From positions 323,890 through 387,889 of the forward strand of contig MHKS01000005.1 of assembly GCA_001818495.1 (NCBI GenBank): 64,000 nucleotides of DNA, given 5' to 3'. Source of the stretch: Candidatus Komeilibacteria bacterium RIFOXYD1_FULL_37_29. GTDB lineage: Bacteria > Patescibacteriota > Patescibacteriia > UBA1558 > GWA2-36-10. A program made the translations under genes and the position numbers. Under the pieces are notes generated by a model. It ran no database searches and was not told the origin of the DNA. It saw nothing but the letters and a program-made list of their open reading frames with translations. This document shows positions 28,407-37,572 of the stretch, piece by piece (the stretch's first letter is position 1; every line of letters starts with the position of its first letter).

Positions 28407-29943
28407 TGAAAAATATAAAGATTTATATTTAAGTACGACTAAACAGCAGTTGAAGAAATTGTCGGATCTGTTGTTATATTTGGAGAAAAAGCCTAGCAAT
28501 CAGAATTTGATTGAAAATATTTTTCGTTTAATCCATTCTATGAAGGGAGCGGCGGCTACGATGGGCTATAAAAAAACCGTTGATCTTTTGCATGCTATGG
28601 AATCAGTGGTAGATGGAGCTTATCACAGGGATTTGATTATAGACAGTAAAATATTAAATTTATTTTTTGATACTTTTGGTGTTTTGCAAGAAAATTTTAA
28701 AAGTATTGATAAAAGCAGTCGGGAAATAGTTTTGAATAAACCTATTTTGGCTTTAAAAAATTCATTAGGTCAAAAGCAAAAAAATAAAAAGCCAAACCAG
28801 CCCAGAGAAAAACATATCTTAGGATCTTTGCCTAGCGTAGCTGAGGTCACAATATCGACAGAAAAATTAGATGCCGTCTCTAATTCATTGGATGATCTTT
28901 TGATCAATTTTATGAAAGCGAAAAATAAGGTCAAGGATCTAGGGGATGTGGAATTTTTGAAGATATACGCTGAAAATGATCAGGTTTTGTCCAGTTTGAG
29001 ACGACAGTTGGAAAAAATCAGGATAGTTTCATTAAAAGATGTTTTATCTTCTTTGCCATATTTAGCCAAGGAAATAGCTAGAAATGAAGGGAAAAAAGTA
29101 GAAATAATTATTCGTGATCACGATTTATCTTTGGATAAAGCTATCTTGGATGAGCTCATGGAGATACTTATTCAATTGATAAAAAATGCCGTATCCCATG
29201 GTATTTCTAAGCAGCAAAGCAATGGTAAGGTAGTGATAGATTTTTCATTGTTAGATGACCGGATGCATATTTTAGTTAGTGATAATGGGCAGGGTATTAA
29301 TTGGACGGAGGTGGCTGATTTAGCAGTCAAAAATAAGCTTATCACTCGCCAAAAATTAAAAACCATGTCCCCAGAAGAAAGGAAAAAGGTTATTTTTTAT
29401 GTGGGAGTTTCCAAAGCTCAGACTCTTAGCACAGTTTCTGGAAGGGGTGTGGGTTTGAGTTTAGTCAAGAATAAAATAAGTGAATTAAACGGTTCTATCA
29501 GTGTCAGTAGTTCTTTGGGCAAGGGTACTCAGTTTGCCATTGATTTACCCCAACCCCTATCTGTTTTTCGGGGGATGATTTTTGGAGTTTTGAATTATAA
29601 TTTTGCTTTGCCGTTGGATCACATTGAAAAATTAGTATATTTGGACGAGGTAAAAAATTTTTCTAAAGCCAAGATTTTTACTTATCAGAAAAAAAAGTAT
29701 GAGGTAGTTTCTGTTTTAAATATTTTAAATATCAAAAAATTTGAGCCTCTTTATAAATATGTAGCTTTGATACATTATCAGAATAAAAAATTTGCTTTGC
29801 CAATTTTTCGGCAAGTAGAGGAAGAGGAATTGGTCATGAAAAAAATACCATTGGTTTTAAAAAATAATAAACATATCAAAGGTGTAGCCGTTTCGTCTCA
29901 GGGGCAAGTAATATTAGTTTTAAATATAAGTAGTCTAATCTAA
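28399..29943 (+). CDS. cheA: CheA-like histidine kinase (HPt P1, HATPase_c with N/G1/G2 boxes, C-terminal CheW-like P5; no P2)
   Basis: HPt motif IHSMKGAAATMGY; N-box NAVSHGI; G1 DNGQGI; G2 GRGVGLS; C-terminal CheW-like domain. Confidence 0.75.
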   Translation: MISEKYKDLYLSTTKQQLKKLSDLLLYLEKKPSNQNLIENIFRLIHSMKGAAATMGYKKTVDLLHAMESVVDGAYHRDLIIDSKILNLFFDTFGVLQENFKSIDKSSREIVLNKPILALKNSLGQKQKNKKPNQPREKHILGSLPSVAEVTISTEKLDAVSNSLDDLLINFMKAKNKVKDLGDVEFLKIYAENDQVLSSLRRQLEKIRIVSLKDVLSSLPYLAKEIARNEGKKVEIIIRDHDLSLDKAILDELMEILIQLIKNAVSHGISKQQSNGKVVIDFSLLDDRMHILVSDNGQGINWTEVADLAVKNKLITRQKLKTMSPEERKKVIFYVGVSKAQTLSTVSGRGVGLSLVKNKISELNGSISVSSSLGKGTQFAIDLPQPLSVFRGMIFGVLNYNFALPLDHIEKLVYLDEVKNFSKAKIFTYQKKKYEVVSVLNILNIKKFEPLYKYVALIHYQNKKFALPIFRQVEEEELVMKKIPLVLKNNKHIKGVAVSSQGQVILVLNISSLI

Positions 29944-29948
29944 CAATT

Positions 29949-30428
29949 ATGGGAGATAAAAAAGCAAAAATTTTATTTGTCGACGACGATAATTTTCTCC
30001 GAAAAGTCTATAAAGCAGAACTTAGTGAGCAGGGCTATGATGTTATTTTAGCGGCTGATGGCGAGGAGGGTTTGGAAAAGGCCAAAATAGCTGATCCGGA
30101 TTTAATTATCTTAGATATGATTATGCCAAAAAAGAATGGTTTCGAAGTTTTGACTGAGCTACAAAATGACCACAATACTCAAAACATACCGGTTATTATA
30201 TTATCAAACCTCGGGCAGGAAGATGACATTAAAAAGGGTTTGGATTTGGGAGCGGTTGATTATTTGGTCAAAGACAATATCACCTTAACCACCATTGTAG
30301 AAAAAGTAAGTTTATATTTAAATTCTAAGACCAGATCCAAGGTAGCTAAAATGAAAAATAATCATTCCGAAAAAAAAGAAGACCAACCGGAAGTGAAGGA
30401 TGTGGATAAATCAAACTTAGTCTACTAA
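29949..30428 (+). CDS. cheY: CheY-like single-domain response regulator with a short acidic/basic C-terminal tail
   Basis: KILFVDDDNFLRKV...DLIILDMIMPKKNGFEVL...KGLDLGAVDYLVK: receiver-domain signature residues (DD, D, T, K) all present. Confidence 0.75.
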   Translation: MGDKKAKILFVDDDNFLRKVYKAELSEQGYDVILAADGEEGLEKAKIADPDLIILDMIMPKKNGFEVLTELQNDHNTQNIPVIILSNLGQEDDIKKGLDLGAVDYLVKDNITLTTIVEKVSLYLNSKTRSKVAKMKNNHSEKKEDQPEVKDVDKSNLVY

Positions 30429-30462
30429 TTTTATGTTTTTAAAACGATAAATTTCAAATAGC

Positions 30463-32148
30463 ATGAGTATTATAAGTGATGAGAAAATTTATAAGATTAT
30501 TAGCAAAATCAGTTTGATTGAACCGAGTGTTTTGGATACGGCTTTGCAAACCGCCAAAGAAAAAAATGAAGATTTTGTAGATTTTTTAATAAAACAAGAA
30601 TTGATAAAATCTGATGAAATTGGCCAATTGATAGCCAATGACTTACATCTTAAATATGTTGACTTAAGTAAAGAAAAAATTGATTTGACGACACTTAATA
30701 CTATTCCAGAAATTGTCGCCCGTCGGCAGAAGCTCATAGTTTTTAAAAGAGATGAAGAGGGAGTAAAAGTAGCTATGGCGAATCCTTATGATTACGGCAT
30801 GATCAAAATGATTGAGAAAAAAGTTGGTGATCGGGTCTTCCCTTATTTTTCTACAGAGTATGATATCAACAATGCTTTTTCTTTTTATAGAAAATCAATT
30901 CAGCAAGAATACGCCGTCAATATCCAGAAGCATGCTATCAAGGCCCAGGGCACAAACGTAGAGTCTGTGCCAGTAGTCAAACTGGTTGATGATGTTTTTT
31001 CTTATGCTTATACCAATCATGCCTCCGATATACACATTGAACCAGAGGATAAAGAAATAAAGATTCGTTTTCGAATAGATGGTCTATTATATGATGTTTT
31101 ATCTTTAAATAAAGCCATTTTGGAATTGATAGTGGCTAGAATAAAAATTTTAGCCAAACTCAGAACCGATGAAAGTCGGTCCGCTCAAGATGGTAAAATT
31201 ATTACTAGAGTTGAGGGAGAAAAAGTGGATATTCGTGTTTCTATTGTACCAGTTACGCACGGTGAAAAAATAGTTATGCGTCTTTTATCTTCCAAGGGAC
31301 GACAGTTTAGTTTGGAAGATTTGGGCATGAATGAACGTGATTTAAAAATAGTTAAAAAAGCGTCCAGTCGACCCTATGGTATGATCTTATCCACTGGACC
31401 AACTGGTTCTGGTAAAACTACTACCCTTTATGCTTTGATCAAACTTTTAAATAATCGTAACATAAATATTTGTACTATTGAGGATCCAGTGGAATATGAT
31501 TTGGAAGGAGTAAATCAGATACAAGTAAATACTGCTACCAATCTTACTTTTGCCCAGGGGCTGAGGTCTTTGCTTCGTCAGGATCCGGACATCATCATGG
31601 TCGGAGAAATTAGAGACGAAGAGACCGCTGGCATTGCTGTCAATTCTGCTATGACTGGACATTTGGTATTATCTACTCTACATACCAACGACGCGGCTAC
31701 TTCTTTGCCTCGTCTTTTGGATATGAAAATCGAGCCGTTTCTGGTAGCCTCAACTGTTAATGTAATCATTGCTCAAAGATTATTGCGCAAAATTTGTATG
31801 AAATGTATTGTCTCTTATACTTTGACTGATCGAGAGTTGGAAGATTTAAAAACGGAAGTCGAGATTAGTCAGTTTTTAGATGTGAATAAAATCAGTGATA
31901 TTCGTTTTTATAAAGGTAAGGGTTGTAAATCTTGCAATAATAGCGGCTATAGCGGTCGGGTAGGTATTTTTGAAGTATTGGAAGTGAGTGACGATATAAA
32001 AGAGCTGATTTTGGCCAGAGCCAACAATGAACAGATCAAGAAAAAAGCTATGGCCAGTGGTATGACCAGTATGTTTGAAGATGGCTTTGAAAAAGCTGTC
32101 TCAGGAAAAACAACTTTAGAAGAAATATTTAGAGTTACTAAACAATAA
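30463..32148 (+). CDS. pilB: Type IV pilus assembly ATPase PilB (GspE family)
   Basis: N-terminal GSPII_E_N domain; Walker A GPTGSGKTTT; Asp and His boxes; tetracysteine CMKC...CKSC zinc motif. Confidence 0.85.
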   Translation: MSIISDEKIYKIISKISLIEPSVLDTALQTAKEKNEDFVDFLIKQELIKSDEIGQLIANDLHLKYVDLSKEKIDLTTLNTIPEIVARRQKLIVFKRDEEGVKVAMANPYDYGMIKMIEKKVGDRVFPYFSTEYDINNAFSFYRKSIQQEYAVNIQKHAIKAQGTNVESVPVVKLVDDVFSYAYTNHASDIHIEPEDKEIKIRFRIDGLLYDVLSLNKAILELIVARIKILAKLRTDESRSAQDGKIITRVEGEKVDIRVSIVPVTHGEKIVMRLLSSKGRQFSLEDLGMNERDLKIVKKASSRPYGMILSTGPTGSGKTTTLYALIKLLNNRNINICTIEDPVEYDLEGVNQIQVNTATNLTFAQGLRSLLRQDPDIIMVGEIRDEETAGIAVNSAMTGHLVLSTLHTNDAATSLPRLLDMKIEPFLVASTVNVIIAQRLLRKICMKCIVSYTLTDRELEDLKTEVEISQFLDVNKISDIRFYKGKGCKSCNNSGYSGRVGIFEVLEVSDDIKELILARANNEQIKKKAMASGMTSMFEDGFEKAVSGKTTLEEIFRVTKQ

Positions 32149-32152
32149 AAAT

Positions 32153-33370
32153 ATGTTATTTGCTTATAAAATTTCTGATGCTAAGAATAAAATAACTCAA
32201 GGAACCATTGAGGCGCCCAGTCGTGCCCAAGCCAGAAATCAGCTGATTTTAAAAGATGGAGCTTTAATATCTTTGGAACCAATCAGTCATAGAAAATCAA
32301 ATAATAATTTAGCCGGAAAGCAATTTTCATTGAGTAGAGTCAAGCTTTTAGAAAGAGTGATGTTTGCCAAACATTTGGCGGTCATGATAAAAGCTGGTAT
32401 GTCTATTGATAGTTCCATTGAGACACTAAGCGACAATTCTTCTCCAGCTATGTCTAGAGTTTTATTTGGTATTTTAAATGATGTGCGCACAGGTAATTCT
32501 TTTTCTTCAGCTTTGAGTAAATATAAACGGGATTTTGATTTATTGTTTATCAATATGGTGGCGGCTGGAGAAAAGGGTGGTAATTTAGCAAAAAATCTAA
32601 ATCTTTTAGCTATTCAACAGCAAAAAACTTATGAGCTTCGTAAAAAAATAAAATCAGCCTCTATTTATCCGACAGTTATAGCTTTGGCTATAGTCGGTCT
32701 AACGGCCGTAGTATCAAAATTTGTTTTACCAAAGATTGTGAATTTTTTTAGTAGCTTAAATGTTGAATTACCGTGGAGCACCAGAATATTAATAATGACT
32801 GCTCAGTTTTTTAGTACTTATTGGTTGTGGGTGGTAGTAATAGCGTTGGTTTTAGTAATTATTTGGGTAACCATGCTTAGGTTTACTGCTGGGCGCTTAA
32901 TCATACACGCTTTTATATTAAGATTGCCAATTTTAGGAAAATTGATATCTAATATGAACCTGGCTTTATTTTGTCGGACTTTGGCTAGTCTTTTAAATAG
33001 TGGTATTACCATTGATCAAGGGCTCCAAATTGTTTCCCAAACAATGACCAGTGAGGTTTATAAACAGCAAACTATACAGGTTTATTATCGTGTTTTAAAA
33101 GGAAATTCTTTGGCTAATTCTATTTCCAACAAAAGATATTTTCCCAGCATTGTTTCCCGTATGAGTATGGTGGGTGAAGAATCCGGTAATTTGAGTGAAG
33201 TATTGGATCATTTGGCAGATTTTTATGAACTAGAAGTGGACAATACTACTAAAAATCTTTCTAGTATGTTGGAGCCAGTACTACTAGTAGTTATTGGTTT
33301 GGCGGTTGGTTTTGTGGCTATGTCTATCATCAATCCTATTTATGATCTAACCAGTAAAATTAGTCCTTAG
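32153..33370 (+). CDS. pilC: Type IV pilus inner-membrane platform protein PilC (GspF family)
   Basis: Two T2SSF repeats and 3-4 TM helices; characteristic ...MVAAGEKGGNL... motif. Confidence 0.8.
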   Translation: MLFAYKISDAKNKITQGTIEAPSRAQARNQLILKDGALISLEPISHRKSNNNLAGKQFSLSRVKLLERVMFAKHLAVMIKAGMSIDSSIETLSDNSSPAMSRVLFGILNDVRTGNSFSSALSKYKRDFDLLFINMVAAGEKGGNLAKNLNLLAIQQQKTYELRKKIKSASIYPTVIALAIVGLTAVVSKFVLPKIVNFFSSLNVELPWSTRILIMTAQFFSTYWLWVVVIALVLVIIWVTMLRFTAGRLIIHAFILRLPILGKLISNMNLALFCRTLASLLNSGITIDQGLQIVSQTMTSEVYKQQTIQVYYRVLKGNSLANSISNKRYFPSIVSRMSMVGEESGNLSEVLDHLADFYELEVDNTTKNLSSMLEPVLLVVIGLAVGFVAMSIINPIYDLTSKISP

Positions 33371-34450
33371 ATGATCAGCTATAAAAAACAATTTGGCTTT
33401 ACTTTATTGGAAGTTTTGTTAATGGTCACTATTTTTGCTATTATTTTGTCTTATTCTTTTTCTTTGTCCAATAGCCAGATTTTTGAAGATGATTTGCACG
33501 CTAAGGTATTAGAAGTATCTGATTTGATAGAAAAAGCTAGAAATAATTCAGCCACCGGTTATCGCGGTGATGTCTGGAGCATCAAAGTGTTGGATAGTGA
33601 TGCCTTGTGTGATAATAGTGGTGATTGTATTTTGCTTTTTAAGGGTAATGATTTTAGTGGTCGAGATGCTATCTATGATTATTTTGTCCAATTTGATCAG
33701 AGTATCACTGGAGTTTATATAAATTCTGATCAGGAAAATGAATTTTATTTTGATTATAGTTCTGGTTGGCTGGCCACTACGACCGCATCTTCTTTGGAAC
33801 AACAATATATTATCTTCAATAATAATGCCGGAGATTCACAATCATTAGTAGTTTCTCCCAGCGGTGCAGTAAATACTTTTGTTTGTGGTGAAGATCAGGT
33901 TTTTGATATTAGTGGTCATGGTTATAATACTGTTAAAATCGGTAGTGATTGTTGGATGGCGGAAAATCTTAACACTGGTGAGATGATTGCCAGTGTCAGT
34001 ACCAGTCCCACCAATGATGGTGATATAGAAAAATGGTGTTATGCTGATTCGTCTGCCAATTGCGATATTTATGGTGGTCTCTATGCTTGGGATGAAGCAA
34101 TGAGCTATGTTACTACGGCTGGAGTCCAAGGCATTTGTCCCAATGGCTGGCATATACCCACTACTTCGGAAGTGAATTTGCTGGATAATTTTTATTCAGC
34201 CAATAATTTAAAAATTGGTGGTAACTCTGGTTTTGATCTTATGGCCGCCGGTGTGAGATTGGAATCATCTCCAGATGTCTATGGTAATATAGACGGCACG
34301 AGCGGTGACGGTGGATCTCTGTGGAGCTCCAATCAAAATGGCAGTAGTGAAGCTTATTATTATTGGTCAGAGGAAAATTTGAGTAATCTGGATCAATTTA
34401 GTGTTGATAAAGATTATGGTTTTAGTATTCGTTGCGTAAAAGATTATTAA
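33371..34450 (+). CDS. Prepilin-type protein (G|FTLLEVLL class III signal) with a C-terminal Fibrobacter-succinogenes-major-paralogous (Fib_succ_major, TIGR02145-like) domain
   Basis: N-terminal KKQFGFTLLEVLLMVTIFAIIL with Glu at +5; C-terminal motifs CWMAENLN, YGGLYAWDEA, GICPNGWHIPT and GFSIRCVKD match the Fib_succ_major signature. Confidence 0.6.
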   Translation: MISYKKQFGFTLLEVLLMVTIFAIILSYSFSLSNSQIFEDDLHAKVLEVSDLIEKARNNSATGYRGDVWSIKVLDSDALCDNSGDCILLFKGNDFSGRDAIYDYFVQFDQSITGVYINSDQENEFYFDYSSGWLATTTASSLEQQYIIFNNNAGDSQSLVVSPSGAVNTFVCGEDQVFDISGHGYNTVKIGSDCWMAENLNTGEMIASVSTSPTNDGDIEKWCYADSSANCDIYGGLYAWDEAMSYVTTAGVQGICPNGWHIPTTSEVNLLDNFYSANNLKIGGNSGFDLMAAGVRLESSPDVYGNIDGTSGDGGSLWSSNQNGSSEAYYYWSEENLSNLDQFSVDKDYGFSIRCVKDY

Positions 34451-34451
34451 A

Positions 34452-35369
34452 ATGTTTAAAATAATATTTAATAAAAATGGTTTTTCACTGGTTGAAGTAT
34501 TGGTGGCCTTGGGTATTTTTGCTGTATTAGCGGCCGGAATTTTTAATATTGTGACCAGCTCTTATAAAAATTTTTATGGTAAAGGCGACAAACAATCTTT
34601 GACACAATTTGCTCAGGAGGGCATAGAAGCGGTTCGCTCTATCCGTGATAATTCTTGGCAGGAAATAGAAAGCGTCGCCGGAGCAGGCAATAAAGGTTTG
34701 GTTAAAACCGATGGCTATTGGAGATTTAGCGGTACTAGTAATACTTTGAGTGCTTTGACTAGAGTAGTAGCCATTACCAATGCCCAGCGCAGTAGCGATA
34801 GTCAGATAGTGACTTCTGGTGGTACTACTGATCCCAATACTAAAAAAGTTACAGTCACAGTATCAAGTACCGGTATTGATGATTATGTTTTGGAAACTTA
34901 TTTGACTAACTGGTCTTATAAAACTTGGATACAGACTGATTGGTCGGGAGTGGGGGCTAGAGAATTTTGGTCAAACTCAGCTATGGCTTCTTCTTCTTAT
35001 AGCAATATCGCTACTTCCACTGGGCAGATAACAGTTACAAGCACCGCCAGCGTCTATGAGCCTACGGCCTATATTTATTCTTCTATTTACAGTATAGAGT
35101 CTGATGATCGGGAACTAAGAAGCGTTGAGGTAGAGCAAAATGTACCAGCTGGTTGTAGTCTGCAAATTACCGTTGAAGCTAGTAATACTACAAATATGGC
35201 TAGCGCTAGCAGTCAAGTTTTTAGTGACACTTCAGCTGGGTATTATGTCAGTTCTACTCCCACTAGTTTAAATGGTAAAAAGTTTTTGAGATATAAGCTA
35301 GATTTGACTTCTTGTAGCAGTCAAAGTGAGGCACCTATATTTTATTCTTTAAGTATTAATTATCGATGA
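34452..35369 (+). CDS. Prepilin-type minor pilin (G|FSLVEVLV), Ser/Thr-rich
   Basis: Class III signal peptide and hydrophobic alpha1 helix; globular domain rich in S/T. Confidence 0.55.
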   Translation: MFKIIFNKNGFSLVEVLVALGIFAVLAAGIFNIVTSSYKNFYGKGDKQSLTQFAQEGIEAVRSIRDNSWQEIESVAGAGNKGLVKTDGYWRFSGTSNTLSALTRVVAITNAQRSSDSQIVTSGGTTDPNTKKVTVTVSSTGIDDYVLETYLTNWSYKTWIQTDWSGVGAREFWSNSAMASSSYSNIATSTGQITVTSTASVYEPTAYIYSSIYSIESDDRELRSVEVEQNVPAGCSLQITVEASNTTNMASASSQVFSDTSAGYYVSSTPTSLNGKKFLRYKLDLTSCSSQSEAPIFYSLSINYR

Positions 35370-36652
35370 TGACTTTAAATAAAAAGGGTTTTTCTTTGGT
35401 GGAGGCCATAATCTATTTGGCTATCGTTGGTATTTTACTAACGGCGGTGATCAGTTTGCATTTGACGCTAGGAGGAACGTCTAGCAAGTTGGTCAACAAT
35501 ATTTTAGCTTCCCGCAACAGGCGTGTGTCTATGGGAGCAATGAACTATTTAGTCAAAAATTCTGATGGCTTATTGAAAGATTTGTCTGGTGATTGTTCAT
35601 CATTTGGAGCTACTCCGCCGGTTTTGGCTTTATATTTTGAGGATGATAATCATTTGCCAGGTACTTGCGTCGAAAGTGGCGGTGGAGTCAGGATAGCAGT
35701 GGCGGATAAAAAAATATCTTTAACTTGCTATCCTAATATGTCTGGTAATGGTTATTATCAAAATTGTTCTACCAGTGTTTATCCAGCCGGCAATGTTTAT
35801 TATCTTAGTTCAGACGATGTAGCAGTTTTAAATAATTCACTAGCCTTTTCTACTTCCACTTCTAGTTCTACAGCCAATAATTTTTTGGCCTTGACCACTC
35901 ATTTAAGTGTTGGTACCTTTGCTGGTCAGCAGGCACGTTTGACAGCTACCTCCACGGCTACTTCAACGGTTATTTTGCGTAATGAAGAAGCTAGTGGGCT
36001 GATCAGCTGGTACAAAATGGATGCCAGTCCAGGTTACACAGTAGATTCTAAGGGTCCAAATAACTTACAATGTGCCGGTGGGTCTGGTGTAACTGGTTTA
36101 ATAAATGGTAGTACCAACGCTTTTGATTTTGAAGCCAGCTCCGGTGATCCAGCGTGTTTTGATGTTAGTCCGCAATCATTTTATTTTAATAATGCTTTTA
36201 CTATTACGGCTTGGGTCAAAGAAGAAAGCAGCGGTGTGGATAGGCAAATACTGGGTATCTCAGATTATACTAATCGCGGTTATTCTTTTTATATAGACAA
36301 TGCTTATCCGATGTTGCGTATCGGTGATAGTAGTACTTATACTGATTATAATGGCACTGGTACAGCCATGACCACTGCTACGGTCTATAATGTAGCAGCC
36401 ACCTATGATTTGAATAATAATAAAATAGTCCTTTATGTTTATCAAAACGGAATTGGTGGTGTAGCGACTACCACTTTTACTACGGCTGCTACCCTGACCA
36501 ATTCTTATAGTAGTTTGTTTATTAGTGATGATGCTTCTGAAACAGCTGGCACAGATGAAAATTTTGATGGAGTAATAGATGAAGTAAGGGTTTACAATCG
36601 TGCTCTGACACCTCAGGAAATTTGGGCTATCCAATCGCAGGGTGCTCCTTAG
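35366..36652 (+). CDS. Prepilin-type protein (G|FSLVEAII) with a C-terminal LamG/concanavalin-A-like (Laminin_G_3) lectin-fold domain; candidate pilus-tip adhesin
   Basis: C-terminal ...FDGVIDEVRVYNRALTPQEIWAIQSQ is the hallmark ending of Laminin_G_3 domains; the start overlaps the upstream stop (ATGA). Confidence 0.6.
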   Translation: MMTLNKKGFSLVEAIIYLAIVGILLTAVISLHLTLGGTSSKLVNNILASRNRRVSMGAMNYLVKNSDGLLKDLSGDCSSFGATPPVLALYFEDDNHLPGTCVESGGGVRIAVADKKISLTCYPNMSGNGYYQNCSTSVYPAGNVYYLSSDDVAVLNNSLAFSTSTSSSTANNFLALTTHLSVGTFAGQQARLTATSTATSTVILRNEEASGLISWYKMDASPGYTVDSKGPNNLQCAGGSGVTGLINGSTNAFDFEASSGDPACFDVSPQSFYFNNAFTITAWVKEESSGVDRQILGISDYTNRGYSFYIDNAYPMLRIGDSSTYTDYNGTGTAMTTATVYNVAATYDLNNNKIVLYVYQNGIGGVATTTFTTAATLTNSYSSLFISDDASETAGTDENFDGVIDEVRVYNRALTPQEIWAIQSQGAP

Positions 36653-36656
36653 TTAA

Positions 36657-37538
36657 TTGTTCGTAATTTGCTATAATATAGTTATGCTCATAAAAATCAA
36701 AGAGGCCTTTAATCTTTCTTACCAGCGCTCTAGCAGTGGTGCTGTGGCTTTGATTTTGGTGATTATGATTACGGCTTTGACCATAGTTTCAGCGGTAGTA
36801 ATTTCTATGGTCAATACCTCCAATCTTATGTCTGCTTATTATTTCAGTGAGGATGAAAAAACATCAGTTGATTTGGATGCTTGTTTAGAAGATGCCCTGT
36901 TTCGTTTAGCCTCCAGTACTACTGCTTCTGGTACTTATTATCTAAATGGAGCCGGAGTCAATTGTTATTATCAGATAGCTTCCTCTATTTCTGGTGGTCT
37001 GAAAACAGTTACCTCTACGGCTAGTAGTACTTCGGATATTGGTTATTGGGAAGATACTATTGTTATGCAAATCAATGTTTCTAGTAGTCCAATTAGTGTT
37101 TACTCTTATAAAAATTTTGACATGTCCTATGCTTCGATTGTTGAGGGTGGTAGTTGTACTGCTACCTGTGGTAATGGTGCGGTAGAATGTGATGAAGTTT
37201 GTGATGATAGCAATACGACTACCGAATCTTGTGGAAATGGTAGTACAGATGTAGGTAAATGTAATGCTGATTGTAGTGCAGTAGTACCAGACGAAGTTTG
37301 TGATGATGGCAATACCAACACCGAAGCTTGTGGTGATGGTGTCAAGCAAACTGGCGGGGCTATTTATTGCAACAGTACTTGCACGGCCGTAGTTACTAGA
37401 AACGAAGCTTGTGATTATACCGGTGCTGAAGAGCCAAGTGATCCGGGTTGTTATTATGGAGATGTTGGTTGCACTATTAGATATAATGGTTGTCGGAATA
37501 GTTGTACTGCTTGCGCTATGTGTGCGATTGAACTGTAA
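36657..37538 (+). CDS. PilX_N-like pseudopilin with tandem Myxococcus-type cysteine-rich repeats (C-x-CGNG/CGDG...ECDDGN...)
   Basis: N-terminal QRSSSGAVALILVIMITALTIV resembles PilX N-domains; the C-terminal half has three CG(N/D)G-x-ECD(D/E)(S/G)N repeats and ~20 Cys. The start may instead be the internal Met at ~36684. Confidence 0.5.
   Translation: MFVICYNIVMLIKIKEAFNLSYQRSSSGAVALILVIMITALTIVSAVVISMVNTSNLMSAYYFSEDEKTSVDLDACLEDALFRLASSTTASGTYYLNGAGVNCYYQIASSISGGLKTVTSTASSTSDIGYWEDTIVMQINVSSSPISVYSYKNFDMSYASIVEGGSCTATCGNGAVECDEVCDDSNTTTESCGNGSTDVGKCNADCSAVVPDEVCDDGNTNTEACGDGVKQTGGAIYCNSTCTAVVTRNEACDYTGAEEPSDPGCYYGDVGCTIRYNGCRNSCTACAMCAIEL
37130..37400 (+). repeat. Three imperfect ~54-60 nt tandem direct repeats inside the CDS, encoding the cysteine-rich repeats
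   Basis: gaagtttgtgatgatagcaat...tgtggaaatggt / gaagtttgtgatgatggcaatacc...tgtggtgatggt read directly. Confidence 0.5.
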
Positions 37539-37572
37539 TTTTATATGGTTAATAAATTATATATTATATGCT

